Source: Octopus vulgaris (taxonomy: Eukaryota). Taken from it: 64,000 nt of DNA. Location: NCBI GenBank assembly GCA_951406725.2, contig OX597828.1:48236001-48300000 (forward strand), read 5' to 3'. This document shows, piece after piece, positions 13,398 through 26,395 of this stretch. The stretch's first letter is position 1. Each line of letters begins with the position of its first letter. A program made the position numbers and the translations under genes. The notes below the pieces were generated by a model, which was not told where the DNA came from, searched no databases, and saw only the letters and a list, made by a program, of their open reading frames with translations.

Positions 13398-15329
13398 AAT
13401 CATATTGAAGTTCACGTAGACTCAGATATGGGAATGCCTTTCACTGTGGAAATTGTCTTTGAGGGGAATTTCCTCCAAAGAACACATGTGTTAAGAAACA
13501 TTATCAAACTATGAATGATGTCATCAGATCATAGGACACGTTTCAGTGTTGTTTAGCTTCATCAGTTACAAATACAAAATCAGTTGCTCCACAGCCCTGT
13601 AAGAACAATAGTTCTTATATACAAATATACAAGAACTGTAAATAATAGATTTGTGTATGTATTCAAAACTTGATGAAGCTGGAATTAATTAACTGGAGGT
13701 GCATGATGTAACACTGAATGTTTTAATGATGCTGTCGCCCGATGATGTATTTTCACACATTGTCTGTAAGGAGAATTTTCTCCAGAGACTATTTTTGCAG
13801 TAAAAGGGATTCTCATGTCCAAGAGTACAAGAACATGTTAAATGTAATTGTACATACATTTCACACTTTAATATTTGCTGTAGGACAGGGCTGACAGCTG
13901 GATGAAACTGCTTAAAGAATATAAGTTTGGAATTTTATAGAATTGGTGTGTGTGGGGGGAGGGGTAGCTATTGCTTCTTCTATGACGTGGTGGAACAATG
14001 ACTAACTGTCTTCACTCTTAATATCTTTAATATTCTTCAAATGGTGTGATGATCAAGTCTTTTCCAAAAGAGCATTAGCAATGAAATGTGCAGCTTCAAT
14101 CAATGAGATCAAGAATTTTGCTTAAGTAAATGGTTTTAGGTTCAAATCTATTGCAGAGCACCTTGGATGATTGAAATATGTGTATTCTATCATCAAACTA
14201 GGTTTAAAGTCATCACTCAGTTTAGCATCACCACCTGGACCTTGGATGCCTTTAGTGGAGGCTACTCTGTTAGAAGCATTTAGTTCTAGTTTCCAATAAC
14301 TTCACCTCATCCTACCACCACTTTACAAGACTCTGAAGAAAAGTGAAAAGTGCACTGCCTTTACTCGTCAGACTAAATGACATAAAACACAAAACAAAAC
14401 CAAAAAGGGAAATGATTTTATTTCAATAGAGGGTATAAAAATCAAATTATAAGATTAATAGCAACAGGAACATACAATTTTCTTGTAAAAAACACCCATG
14501 CTGGTGCCACTTAAAAAGCACCCAGTACACACTGTAAAGTGGTTGGTACTAGGAAGGGCATCTAGCCATAGAAATCATGCCAAAACAGACAATGGCGCCT
14601 GTGGCAGCCCTCCTGTTTGCCAGCTCCTGTCAAACCATTCAACTCATGCTGGCACAGAAAACAGACAAAAAGGTTTTTAAAAGAAAGAAAAAGATAAATG
14701 GAAACACAAGAACAAAAAAAAAAAGTAACAAATGGTAAATATATGTGGGTGCTTGGAATTTGTAAACTAGGTGAACTGATTACATTAATTTCCATTCACA
14801 ACATGGTGCATGGTGAAGAATTCTGCACAAGTTCATGTAAATACGATGTTAAATATTCCAGAGATGTAACGGAAGCTGGTTGTTTATTTTATCAACAACA
14901 GAATCAGTCCAAGAGTTCTGAATCATTGTTAATTTACACACACACATACAAAACAAAAGATAAAAAATCATTGGTTAAAGTAATAGACACCCAATTAATT
15001 ATTTCAGCCTATTAATATGACAGTGTCAGAATTTCGGCATGGCATAGATTAATAAAATTATATCCTACCTATGTCTGCAAGGGTCTTAAACATGCTGAGA
15101 TTGCAGACATTGATTGATTGAGCAACTGTTACCAGTGCAATCAGTTTTGCAGACCATTTTGTATCTTTCTCTGTCTTTTGCAGTTTTAATGTTTTAAAAC
15201 CAAAAGAAGAAAAAGAAAATGTCAGGGGGGAAAAAAAAAAAGGAAACAGTTATTTCACTGGTGATTATACAATTATTTTTATACAAACTATGCCAGCATG
15301 GAAAACACAAATTAATGATAAAAATAAAA

Positions 15330-16295
15330 ATGGCTTCAAATTTTGGTATAAGGCCAGCAATTTTTATTGGGGGAAAAGAAAGGAGCAGGTGGTTAGCCAG
15401 ATACATCAACTGCAGTGCTAAATTGGTATTTATTTTATCGACCCAGAAAGGACAAAATTTAAAGCCAATCTCAGAACATAAAGAGCCAAAAGAAATGTTG
15501 CTAAGCATCTTGCCCAGTGCGCTAATGATTCTAGCAGCTCACTGCCCATATAATACTTTCGAATTTTGGCACAAAGCCAGCAATTACGAGGCGGAGGAGA
15601 GACAAGCCAATGACATCAACCTCGGTACTTGACTGGTTCTTAATTTTATTGACCTCTAAGAGAATGAACAGCAAAATTGGCCTTGGCAGAATTTGAACTC
15701 AAAACGTGAAGATGGTGAAGTGTTGCTAAGCATTTTGTCTGACACACTAACAATTCTGCCAGCTTATCACCTTAATAATAATTCTTCTTCCTACTATAAG
15801 CACAAGGCCTGCAATTTTGAGGGAAGCAGGTTAATCAATTACATCAACCCCCCAGTGCTTAACTGGTACTTATTTTATCAACCCTGAAAGGATGAAAGAC
15901 AAAGTCAGCCTTGGTGGAATTTGAACTCAGAATGTAAAGACATGAAATGCTGCTAATGATTATGCCAGCTTATCACCTTTAATGGCTTCAATTTTTGGCA
16001 CAAAACCAGCAATTTCAGGGGAGGAGGGACAGTCAATTACATCAACCCTAGTGCTCAACTGGTCCTTAAAAGATGGAAGGCAAAGCTAACTTCAGTGGAA
16101 TTTGAAAAAGAAAATGTTACTAAGCATTTTGCCCAACATGTTAATGATTCTGCCAGTTTGCTGCCTTTGATGGTTTCAAATTTTGGTACAAGGCTAGCAA
16201 TTTTAGGGGAGTGGGTTAGTTGATTACATTGACTCCAGTACTTGACTGGTTCTTTATTTTATCAACCCCAAAAGGATGAAAGACTAAGCTGATCA
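15330..16295 (-). mobile_element. head-to-tail array of ~5 copies of SINE family C (Meta-domain-like)
   Basis: Repeated ~200-bp unit; minus-strand consensus ...GAGCTGGCAGAATC..GAGTTCAAATTCC..GCCTTTCATCCTTTCGGGGTTGATAAAATAAGTACCAG..; single copies at 4315-4525, 10200-10370 and 52945-53167. Confidence 0.75.
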
Positions 16296-16619
16296 AAAAG
16301 ACTTGCTATCTTTAATAAAGACGATGAAGAATTTACAGCAACATGTGTCAACCCATTTTAAAAAGAAAAAAAAATGTTAAATAAAACAAGGAAAATAAAT
16401 ATTGATATTAAGAAGAGCTACAAAAACAACTCCAAATAGGAGGAGCCTGAAAATAAAACATTATTCAAGGAATAAATATATACTAAAATCACAAAATCTT
16501 CAATATTGTTTTCAGACAGTCCCGTTTATCTATGAACAATACCTAAACTATTTGCCAAGGACTGGACTTCATCTCTGAGGCCAAGAAATAGGTTAGTCCA
16601 GCCAAATGAACCATTTTCT

Positions 16620-17090
16620 ATCTTTTACTTGTTTCAGCCACTGGACTGCAACCACGCTGCATCACCACCTTGAAAGGTTTAGCCAAATCAACCTCATTGC
16701 TGATTTCTTTAAAGTTTTGCACCAAGTTATGGGGGTCTTTTACTCGTTTCAGTCATTAGACTGCAGCCATGCTGGAGCATTACCTTGAAGAAATTTAGTC
16801 AAATGAATAAATCCTAGCATTTATCTTTTTTTCTTTTTCCAAGTATTGGTATTTATTCTATTGGTCTTTTTTGCCAAACTGCTAAGTTACAGGGATGTAA
16901 ACACACCACCATCGTTTGTCAAGCAATGGTGGGACATGCATGGGGCTTCTTTCAGTTCCTATCTACCAAATCCACATGCCCAATGTGCCATGCAGTGGAA
17001 CTGAACCTGGGACCATGAGGTTAGGAAGCAAGCTTCTTACCACACAGACATGAACAGTTGTCAAGCAGTGGAGGGTGAGGGGACAAACAC
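16620..17090 (-). mobile_element. SINE family A fragments (old, rearranged)
   Basis: Diverged tail and head segments. Confidence 0.65.
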
Positions 17091-17282
17091 ACAAACATAC
17101 ATGTTGTTAGTGATGATGATTGTAGTGACAATAATAATGGTGACACATGTAGGGATGATGAAGATTTCATGATGGTGATGACAATAATGAGGGAGATAAC
17201 ACAGTGACAAAACTAAAACGAGAGAGCAAAAAAGAAAACGGGTAGAAACTTTTTAAAAATGTAAAATATTATCATCGTGTAT

Positions 17283-17695
17283 AGGCGCAGGAGTGGCTGT
17301 GTGGTAAGTAGCTTGCTAACCAACCACATGGTTCTGGGTTCAGTCCCACTGCGTGGCATCTTGGGCAAGTGTCTTCTGCTATAGCCCTGTGCCGACCAAT
17401 GCCTTGTGAGTGGATTTGGTAGATGGAAACTTAAAGAAGCCTGTCGTATATATGTATATATATATAAGTGTGTGTGTGTGTATGTTTGTGTGTCTGTGTT
17501 TGTCCCCCTAGCATTGCTTGACAACCGATGCTGGTCTGTTTACGTCCCCGTCACTTAGCGGTTTGGCGAAAGAGACCGATAGAATAAGTACTGGGCTTAC
17601 AAAGAATAAGTCCCGGGGTCGATTTGCTCGACTAGAGGCGGTGCTCCAGCATGGCCGCAGTCAAATGACTGAAACAAGTAAAAAGAGTAAAGAGA
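17283..17695 (+). mobile_element. SINE family A (young)
   Basis: Near-consensus copy. Confidence 0.85.
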
Positions 17696-18426
17696 GTGTA
17701 GAGTAGACTATACATAACACGCAACTCAACAATCGACAAATGAAAGGAAATGGTAAGAGATGTGAAGCAGAACATGTTTTTGCTTCTGCTAGGAATAAAA
17801 TAAACAAGTACCAACTTCATAAAACCAGTCTCCAGAAATGAAGTCAAGTATTATATGATTTGATACGAATAGTAATTATGTGATTCTTTGAGCTTGGTAA
17901 AATAAAACATCCAGAACTTTGTGAAGAAGTCAAATCTTTCATTAAACATTTCAACTGTAATCAAATCTAGCAGTAAATCGCTTTAGAAATTTCACTGAAA
18001 GCAATAATGGAATCTACAGAGCAAAACATAATTGGTCTGGAAATTATAGAATGTGATTGCATAAAATGGTTCTAATTTCACAGACTGGCATTAGACAATG
18101 ACTTAACTGCTGCTGGTTGCTGAGATTGATATGGTGAGAATTGCATTTTATGAATTATTATGGTAAGAGATGATATACATTTTTACATATATGTTACAAC
18201 AACGATGATTTAAATCACCCAAAGAAAATAGATTTAACTTATTTAACAAACCATAGACTTTACTACTTCACGCTCTGTTGTAGAATTACTCAGTCGTAAA
18301 TGTAAAGAATTTTTTTTCTTTCTACCATTTCAGATGAATACATATAATGTGTATACATGCATATACATACACACATCATCATTATCATCATTTAATGCCT
18401 GCTTTCCATGGTGGCTCGAGTTAATT

Positions 18427-19091
18427 CAGTTGTTCTCAAATGGGGGCCATATGACCGTTGGAGTCCTGGGAGTCCATCTAAAATGTTGGTGGGGACCACA
18501 CAATCAAAATGGTAAACTGGAGATCTACCATAGTATTTTAGGGGTTCATGAAAAAATTTTGCTCTAGCGCCGCCTCGAGCCGGTGGCACGTAAAAAGCAC
18601 CATCCGTTCGTGGCCGTTGCCAGCCTCGCCTGGTCCCCATGCTGGTGGCACGTAAAAAGCACCATCCGATCGTGGCCGTTTGCCAGACTTGTCTGGCACC
18701 TGTGCTGGTGGCACGTAAAAGGCACCCACTACACTCATGGAGTGGTTGGCGTTAGGAAGGGCATCCAGCCGTAGAAACATTGCCAGATAAAACTGGGCCT
18801 GGTGCAGCCTTCTGGCTTCCCAGACCCCAGTTGAACCGTCCAACCCATGCTAGCATGGAAAGCAGACGCTAAACAATGATGATGATGATGATGATATATT
18901 TATTGCAAGAAACAGCCAGGTTTCTTTCTCAAATGTTTTACATATCTCAACCTAAACAAGGGAACGTGTGACTAACAAAACAGGAATTTTGAAAGAACTA
19001 TATGTAAAACATCGAAGGGCTATGGGGGTCCACCAAAACAAAATAATTATCAAAATGGACTCCTAGATAAAAAAATGGTTAAGAACCATTA
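18427..19091. mobile_element. hAT (Charlie-like) MITE containing a family B element
   Basis: CAGTTGTTCTCAAA ... GGTTAAGAACCATTA termini; related to 4177-4657. Confidence 0.65.
18566..18893 (+). mobile_element. family B element with three tandem internal units
   Basis: Same structure as 12990-13397. Confidence 0.8.
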
Positions 19092-20384
19092 GGTTAGATG
19101 ATTTATTTATATTCAAAGACCTGTGTTGTTATGGTTTCTATGGCCAGATGCCCTTCCTCGTGTCAATCACTTTTCACAGTGTACCGAGTGCATTTTTCAT
19201 GGGGCCATCTTGTAACTTGCACAACTAAAGGGCATAAAAGGACCTGACCTCTGTAACAGAAGGAAGATAGGAGAGTGAGAGGATATTTAAACAAGGTGAT
19301 CAGAGAGAGAGAGAGTGAAGTATGACAAGAAGAACAGACTGTTAGTCATGGGAAATGTGGAAGTGGAGGAAGTAACAGAGTAGACATTTTTAGGAGAGGC
19401 AGTATTGAAGGAAGAGGGGGAAAGAGAGTAGTGTTAGTGGATAGTGAGAGAGAGAGGTGAGGGTGATGAGGTGGGTTATAGAGAGGGATTCAGGGTTACC
19501 TTATATTATAAAGGCAAGTATGGCCAGAAGATGTAAGGAGAAGGGAACACATATACAATGGAAACTATTTACTGTGATCATTTGGGGATAAAATCTTTTC
19601 AATAACAATGTCCCACTAATTTTGATAATAACCAACTGAGACCATTAACTATGATTGTAATAAGGGGCTTTCACTGTATATACATATGGTAGAGTCTCAC
19701 ACCAAGTGTCTTGATAGTTATTACCAAAACTTTTAATACTCCGGTTTGAGGGAATTTAGCTACCATTTCTAGAAGCTGAAGACCAGTGGTGGGCACATCT
19801 AACCAAAAAGTTAGCTTCTCTAACCACTAATTTGTTAACTAAAAAGTTAGCTTTGCAAATGCTAAACAGGTAAAAAAACAATTAGCAGAAGTTAATGCTA
19901 ACTGATAACCACTAACTTTTATTAGTGTGTTTATGTCCCCATAACATAGCAGTTCGGCAAAAGGGACCAACAGAATAAGAACTGAGGTCAATTCATTTGA
20001 CTGAAACTCTTCAAGGCCATGCCCCAGCATGGCCACAATCTGACTGAAACAAATAAAAGATAAAAGACCATATGACCATTCCCAGTACTAATTTCATTAT
20101 TCTCTAAAGATTAGCTAAATCACCTTTACTATATTTATATATCTTTTTTTGACGCGGGAAGACATAATCTGAGTCACAGACACTTATAAATACAAGTTTC
20201 CTAACAGTTTCTATTTTCCAAGATTTCCATTCTGGCACTGATCAACTTGAGGTTGCAGCAAAATACCTAAGGTGCCAAAATGTAGGACCAAACTGCAGGC
20301 TTGTGATGTAAATTTTTTAACCATATGTCCATGGCTGTCTTAACTCTTTTGTTACCATATTCCTGCTGAAATATACACTACATT

Positions 20385-20770
20385 TTACTCTCTTTTACTT
20401 GTTTCAGTCATTTGACTGCGGCCATGCTGGAGCACCGCCTTTAGTTGAGCAAATCGACCCCAGGACTTATTCTTTGTAAGCCTGGTACTTATTCTATCAG
20501 TCTCTTTTGCCAAACCGCTAAGTTATGGGGACGTAAACACACCAGCATTGGTTGTCAAGTGCTGTTGGGGGGGGGGGGGACAAACACAGGCACAAACATA
20601 TACACACATATACATACATATATACGACAGGCTTCTTTCAGTTTCTCTCTACCAAATCCACTCACAAGGCTTTTGTTGGCCTGAGGCTATAGTAGAAGAC
20701 ACTTGCCCAAGGTGCCATGCAGTGGGACTGAACCCGGAACCATGTGGTTAGTAAGCAAAGCTACTTACTA
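20385..20770 (-). mobile_element. SINE family A
   Basis: Reverse-complement copy. Confidence 0.8.
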
Positions 20771-23064
20771 ACTGTTCCAAATTTACCTCAGTAAATTCCA
20801 TTTGACACATGCAAGCATAGAAAAGTGGATATTCAAACGATGATAATACAACCTCAAACATAGAAACATACAAGCCAAACAGTCACTTGACATGCAAAAA
20901 GAACAGTTAGATCTCCCTCAAATCACATAAACTGCTTAAAAAGAAATGCTGGTGCCATGTAAAAAGCACCTGTTCTGGCACCATGTAAAAAAAAAACACC
21001 CTGTATACTTGTAAGGTTTTGGCATTAGAAAGAGCATTCACCCAGAAACCATGCCAAAACAGACAATTGAAGCCTGGTGTAGTTCTTCAGCTGCCAGCAA
21101 AACAGATGTTAAATGATGATGATGATGATGATCATCATCATCATTGGGCAACGTATATAAGTAGTGAATATACAAAAGATTCATGTGTCAGGGATGGAAC
21201 AACTTTGGCCAGGGGTTAAACAACAACCTACACTTTGTTAATTACACTATATTATGTCCTTTAAGTCAAGCTACTTAGAACATGATAAAAATCAACAACA
21301 CCCTGTTATTCTGCAATGTCCTGATTCAAACCTGTCCAAGAATAACTATTTTCTCAAGCTAACTAAACAAGAAGGAAAAAAACAGGAAAATGGAAAAAAA
21401 AAAAAATTTCTTGTTGTTATTCTTTACAGAGTGTCTTGTACTGCTGAAAAGCCACATTTTTTTGACAGCAGCATGTATAATTCTGTTCTCACGCCTCTTT
21501 CGGGGGATATTTGCCTTGACAATTTTTTGATTAGTCATTAACAAAACAACCAACCAACAAAACTTCTCAAGTATTACACCACTATATCTAGTCTTTGAAT
21601 TTTATGTAAAATCTTGTTTGTTGAAGAGTAAAAAGAAGAAAAAAAATGTATGCATGCACGCACACACACAAAGAAAAAAAAGATCCTGACAAAGTACTTT
21701 ATGTTCTCTTTGTCACAGCTTCATGGATAGGAAATTTACTCTGTAGCTACATGGCTTCACATTCAATCCCGTAACACAATGTCTTAGGTAAGATGAATGA
21801 ATAAATAAATAAATAAAAGTAAAATGTCATATACCTGTGGAGAATATCTCTGCACCTTTTGGCAGTAATTTGAAGAAATCAACCACTTTTGTAATACTGA
21901 GGTCATACAAGTAAAGATTAGATTGTGGGTTTTCCAGTTGTTTGGTTTATCAGCTTCACCTATATCATATGTTATTGGTGACATTAGAAGCAACTTGTAC
22001 CAGATAAAGGAAATTTAAAAGGCGCCATGTATATACTGGTGCCATATAAAGAGCATACAGCACACTCTGTAAAGTGGTTGGCATCAGAAAGGGCATCTAT
22101 CCACAGAAGCCAAGTCAAAACAGACAATTGGAACCTGGTGCAGCTTTCCAGCTCCTATGAAACTGTCTAACCCATGCCATCGTGGAAAATGGATGTTAAA
22201 TGATGACCATTCTGTAAGTCTTTATGAGTAAAATCTGGTCAATGGAAACCATGTTGAAGCCCACTAGAGAAACTGTTCCTGCTTTTTTTCTTTGTATGGT
22301 AGATTTAATCTTCCCCACCAGCTGGTGCTTGAATGCCTTTAGCAGAGTCCAATTTGGGCAAGGTTTCCAAACTGAGAATAATTATGTCCCTTCCTCCCAG
22401 AAGTCTCAGGCCTGAAAAGCTTACAGACACAATCATTCCACCTCTGAATAAATCATGTAACAAAAACAGAAAAGCAGTTTCCATTCTAGTCTTCTTAATT
22501 CTCAGACAACTGAGCTGATCTAGCAACCCACATTTATGGGCTACAAAGAAAATAGAGCTGGCCTCTTCATAATAACTGATACAGTTATGAAATTATTATT
22601 TTCTCAAGAGAAATATAATATATGACGAAGAGTCACCTAAACAGATTTAGCTCTTATGTTAGAGATTGCACATAAACGTGGGGGCTTGTGGCTTAGTGGT
22701 TAGGGTATCAACATATGATTGTAAGATGGTGGGTTTAATTCCTGGACCAGGTGATGTGTTGTATTCTTGAGCAAAACACCTCATTTCATGTTACTCTAGT
22801 CCACTTAATTGGTAAACATGAGCAAGCTTGTGATGGACTGGCGTCCTATCCAGTAGGGAATATATGTGCCACGGAAACCAAGAAACCAGCCCTATGAGAC
22901 TTGGGAAGGATCTTTATCCTTATTGAGATATGTAAAGTTTTATTTTTTTGTGGGACCAATACAAAAGTACTCTATACAAGGAGAGATAAATATTATTTGA
23001 TACACACAGGATTTAAATTCAAGCTACCATTTGTTTCATACATCAGAAAATATAATAGTTGGTC

Positions 23065-23103
<39 letters not shown>

Positions 23104-23168
23104 GGAGTAAACACATAAATGTGAAACAAGGTGGAAAAAAAGAGTACTCAAATACCAGTGGTAGAGTA

Positions 23169-23330
23169 ATATGCTTTATTTAAAGCAGCAGAAAATTCCA
23201 CAAAACCTATTACTCTGAGTTTCCCATTGCCGTTCATCGGACAGTTTTTGCTAGCAAAAACTGTCCGATGAACAGCAACAGGAAACTCAGAGTAACAGGT
23301 TTTGTGGAATTTTCTGCTGCTTTAAATAAA

Positions 23331-23336
<6 letters not shown>
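23169..23336. repeat. 168-bp near-perfect palindrome with no spacer
   Basis: Symmetry centre GCT|AGC at 23252/23253; arms differ at about 5 positions. Confidence 0.9.
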
Positions 23337-23364
<28 letters not shown>

Positions 23365-24299
23365 AGATTAATCAGCCAAAATTGCGAAGATGATCCGATT
23401 CTTGACTGATGACTGAGGGCTTTGAAAGTCCCGTCAGTGTTTTTTGTGTCGTCTTCTAAATGTTTCATGTTCTTGTCCCAGTTTGTATATTATTTAAAAA
23501 AATTTTTTTTTTTTAAACTTTTACATATATATATACACATACATACACAGGTAGAGTGACCAGCACTAAATTCTGCTCCTCTGGTAAGTCTTGAGAGAGA
23601 GAGAGAGAGAGAATCAGTAAGAGTCACTTGCAACAACAACCACATAAGCTAACAAGGGAGCTGGCCACTCTACCTGCTAGAAATATTAGCCAAATCTGCT
23701 TTAAATCACACTCTATCATCTTGACAAATAGAACACACTGAACAGTGGCCAGTGGGACATTCTGAATAGCACACATAATGAATTGCCTTGAAATATTTTT
23801 TTTTTGCAGTATGGCCCACTTTCCCCAAAAAAGATTGCTCATGCAAGTCCTGGAGGAAGGAGGGGGTGAGGGGGAAGAGGGGGAAATATGGATGGAGGGA
23901 AGAGAGAGGAGAGAGGGGGAAAGGAGAGAGAGAGGGGAAAGGAGAGAGATAGAGATAGAAGATGAGCAGAATGTACAATACTGGAACCTCTTTGGTCATA
24001 CATAGCTCTGCTTAATTGAGGCTGACCTGTTGAAACTAGAAGACCAGTTGTGTACCCTTAATGGAATATATTATATCCAATATATAATACACACACAAGG
24101 CAGTAACTTATGATATTGGTCCTGTACCTGAGTTCAAACCTTGCTGAGAGCAACATCTTTTATTCCTTTGGTACTGATAAATAAAATATTAGTTCAGGAC
24201 AATGAACTGGCAGAATTGGTAGGCTATCAGACAAGTCCTACTAATGACTATTCAAGTTCTATTCAATCAAAATCTGTCATTTTTCCCCCTTTTATTTTC

Positions 24300-25050
24300 T
24301 TTGTTGGGTTTGGAAGAGACAATGCTCAAGGCTTTTGCAGGCTTTCCTAGACAAGTGGAAACGATGCCATTAATGTTGTACTCAAACTTTTCTAAGTTAA
24401 CATCTGCGAGAAAGAAAGATTGGTTGTAGTAATTGGTGGTGGCGGTGGGGTCACAAGGATGAAAGAAGAAAAGCTGAGTGGGACAAGGATGCCTAAATGG
24501 AGGCAGTAGGAGCCCAGCAAGCTCCAAAAAGTAGAGGCCATTATAGAAGTGGTAGTAAAATCAGAGAGAAGAGACAGTTTGCTTACAGGCTTGAGGTTGG
24601 AGTGTATGTGCAAGTGACTCTATATCAATCAGTTGGGTGGCTCTTTTGTGGATATAGTTTAGGATGTCTGTGCAGAGCAGCAGCATTATCTCTGATGTAG
24701 GCACAATATACCATTGCAAGCCTCACTTGATCTTTGTAAAGTATCAATAATTGTTGGGGGTTTATGTAGCTTCTGACTCCACAGAGAGTGATCAATCATT
24801 GGGTTACAATGGTAGCCGTATCAAGGAAGTGTTTTAGCCAGGAGAAATCCTCAGTGATAATGAGACCCAATATTTGTGATATTACCCAATCAAGGAAGCA
24901 ACCTGAACAAACCATAAATGACCAGCATAGAAAAGCTGGCAATAGTATACTGAGGCTTTCATCCAGTAGTGAACCAACAACAGCTAAATGGATCTAGAAT
25001 CCAGAAAACTGGTGACGGCATGAAATGAGTTCAATCGATGTGGTCATCAA
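24300..25050 (-). pseudogene. decayed CR1/L2-group LINE ORF2 C-terminal fragment
   Basis: Minus-strand translation with frameshift and stop: QQLLILYKDQVRLAMVYCAYI..DILNYIHKRATQLI..LAHTLQPQACKQTVSSL*FYYHFYNGL..ELAGLLLPPFRHPCPTQ, resembling the LYKAQVRP.LEY / LQPL.HRR..SL..FYRYY motifs downstream of RT. Confidence 0.7.
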
Positions 25051-25997
25051 ATCACACAGCCATATCTCTTGTGGCGGCATGGTTAAGAAGTTTGCTTTGC
25101 AATCAAATGGTTTTAGGCTCACTCCTACTCCAGTCTCTAATATAGCTCCAGGTTGGCCAAAGCTTGGAGAGTGGATTTGGTAATTGGAAACTGAAAGAAG
25201 CCTGTCATGTATATATATATAACCTTTTACTTGTTTCAGTCATTTGACTGTGGCCATGCTGGAGTACTGCCTTTACTTGAACGATCTGACCCCAGGACTT
25301 TTTTTGTAAGCCTAGCACTTATTCAATCAGTTACGGGGACGTAAACACAGACACACAAATACATACATACATATACATGACAGGCTTCTTTCAATTTGTC
25401 TACCAAATCCACTCACAAAGCTTTGGTTGGCCTGTGGCTATTGTAGTGTGTGTGTGTAAGGGCATCCAGCTGTAGAAACACTGCCAGTTCAGACTGGGCC
25501 TGGTGCAGCCTCCTGGCTTCCAAAACCTGTTGAACTGTCCAACCCATGATAGCATGGAAAGCGGACGTTAAACGATGATGATGATGATGATATATATATA
25601 TATATAATATAGACAAATAGATAAGTGACAGAAAATGGAATGAACAACATTCTTAATTTGAAATCACTACTATTGTTTCAACATATTTTTACACTTGTAG
25701 TACATCAGTGAGATGTTGTGTAATCATTATCATACATCCATATGTAAAATGCACCATCTCAGGTGATTGTTTAAATAAGGCCTTCATTAGCTGTACAGTC
25801 ATTTCACTCAGTGTGAGAATACATATCCAAACTAAGGTGTCATTTTCAGCAGTTTACAGACAAAACTTAAAACCACAACTGTGCATAGTTTTCTACAAGG
25901 TTTTTACCTGAATCTTTAACTAATATAATAATGTACTAGCAATGCACCCTGGCATTATGACCAACAGCCACATAGTATTATACACACACACATATAT

Positions 25998-26195
25998 TCT
26001 TTATTCTTTTCTTTTACTTGTTTCAGTCATTTGACTGCGGCCATGCTGGAGCACTGCCTTTAGTCGAGCAAATCGACCCCGGGACTTATTCTTTGTAAGC
26101 CCAGTACTTATTCTATCGGTCTCTTTTGCCGAACCGCTAAGTTACGGGGATGTAAACACACCAGCATCGGTTGTCAAGCAATGCTAGGGGGACAA

Positions 26196-26232
<37 letters not shown>

Positions 26233-26395
26233 CGACAGGCTTCTATCAGTTTCTGTCTGCCAAATCCACTCACAAGGCATTGGTCGGCCCGGGGCTATAG
26301 CAGAAGACACTTGCCCAAGATGCCACGCAGTGGGACCGAACCCGGAACCATGTGGTTGGTTAGCAAGCTACTTACCACACAGCCACTCCTGCGCC
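25998..26395 (-). mobile_element. SINE family A (young)
   Basis: Near-consensus copy. Confidence 0.85.

Noticed and set aside
21784-22526. Minus-strand ORFs with donor-like sites as exons of the divergent gene
   Set aside because: No recognisable protein similarity; part of the region resembles 14220-14300, indicating an old repeat.
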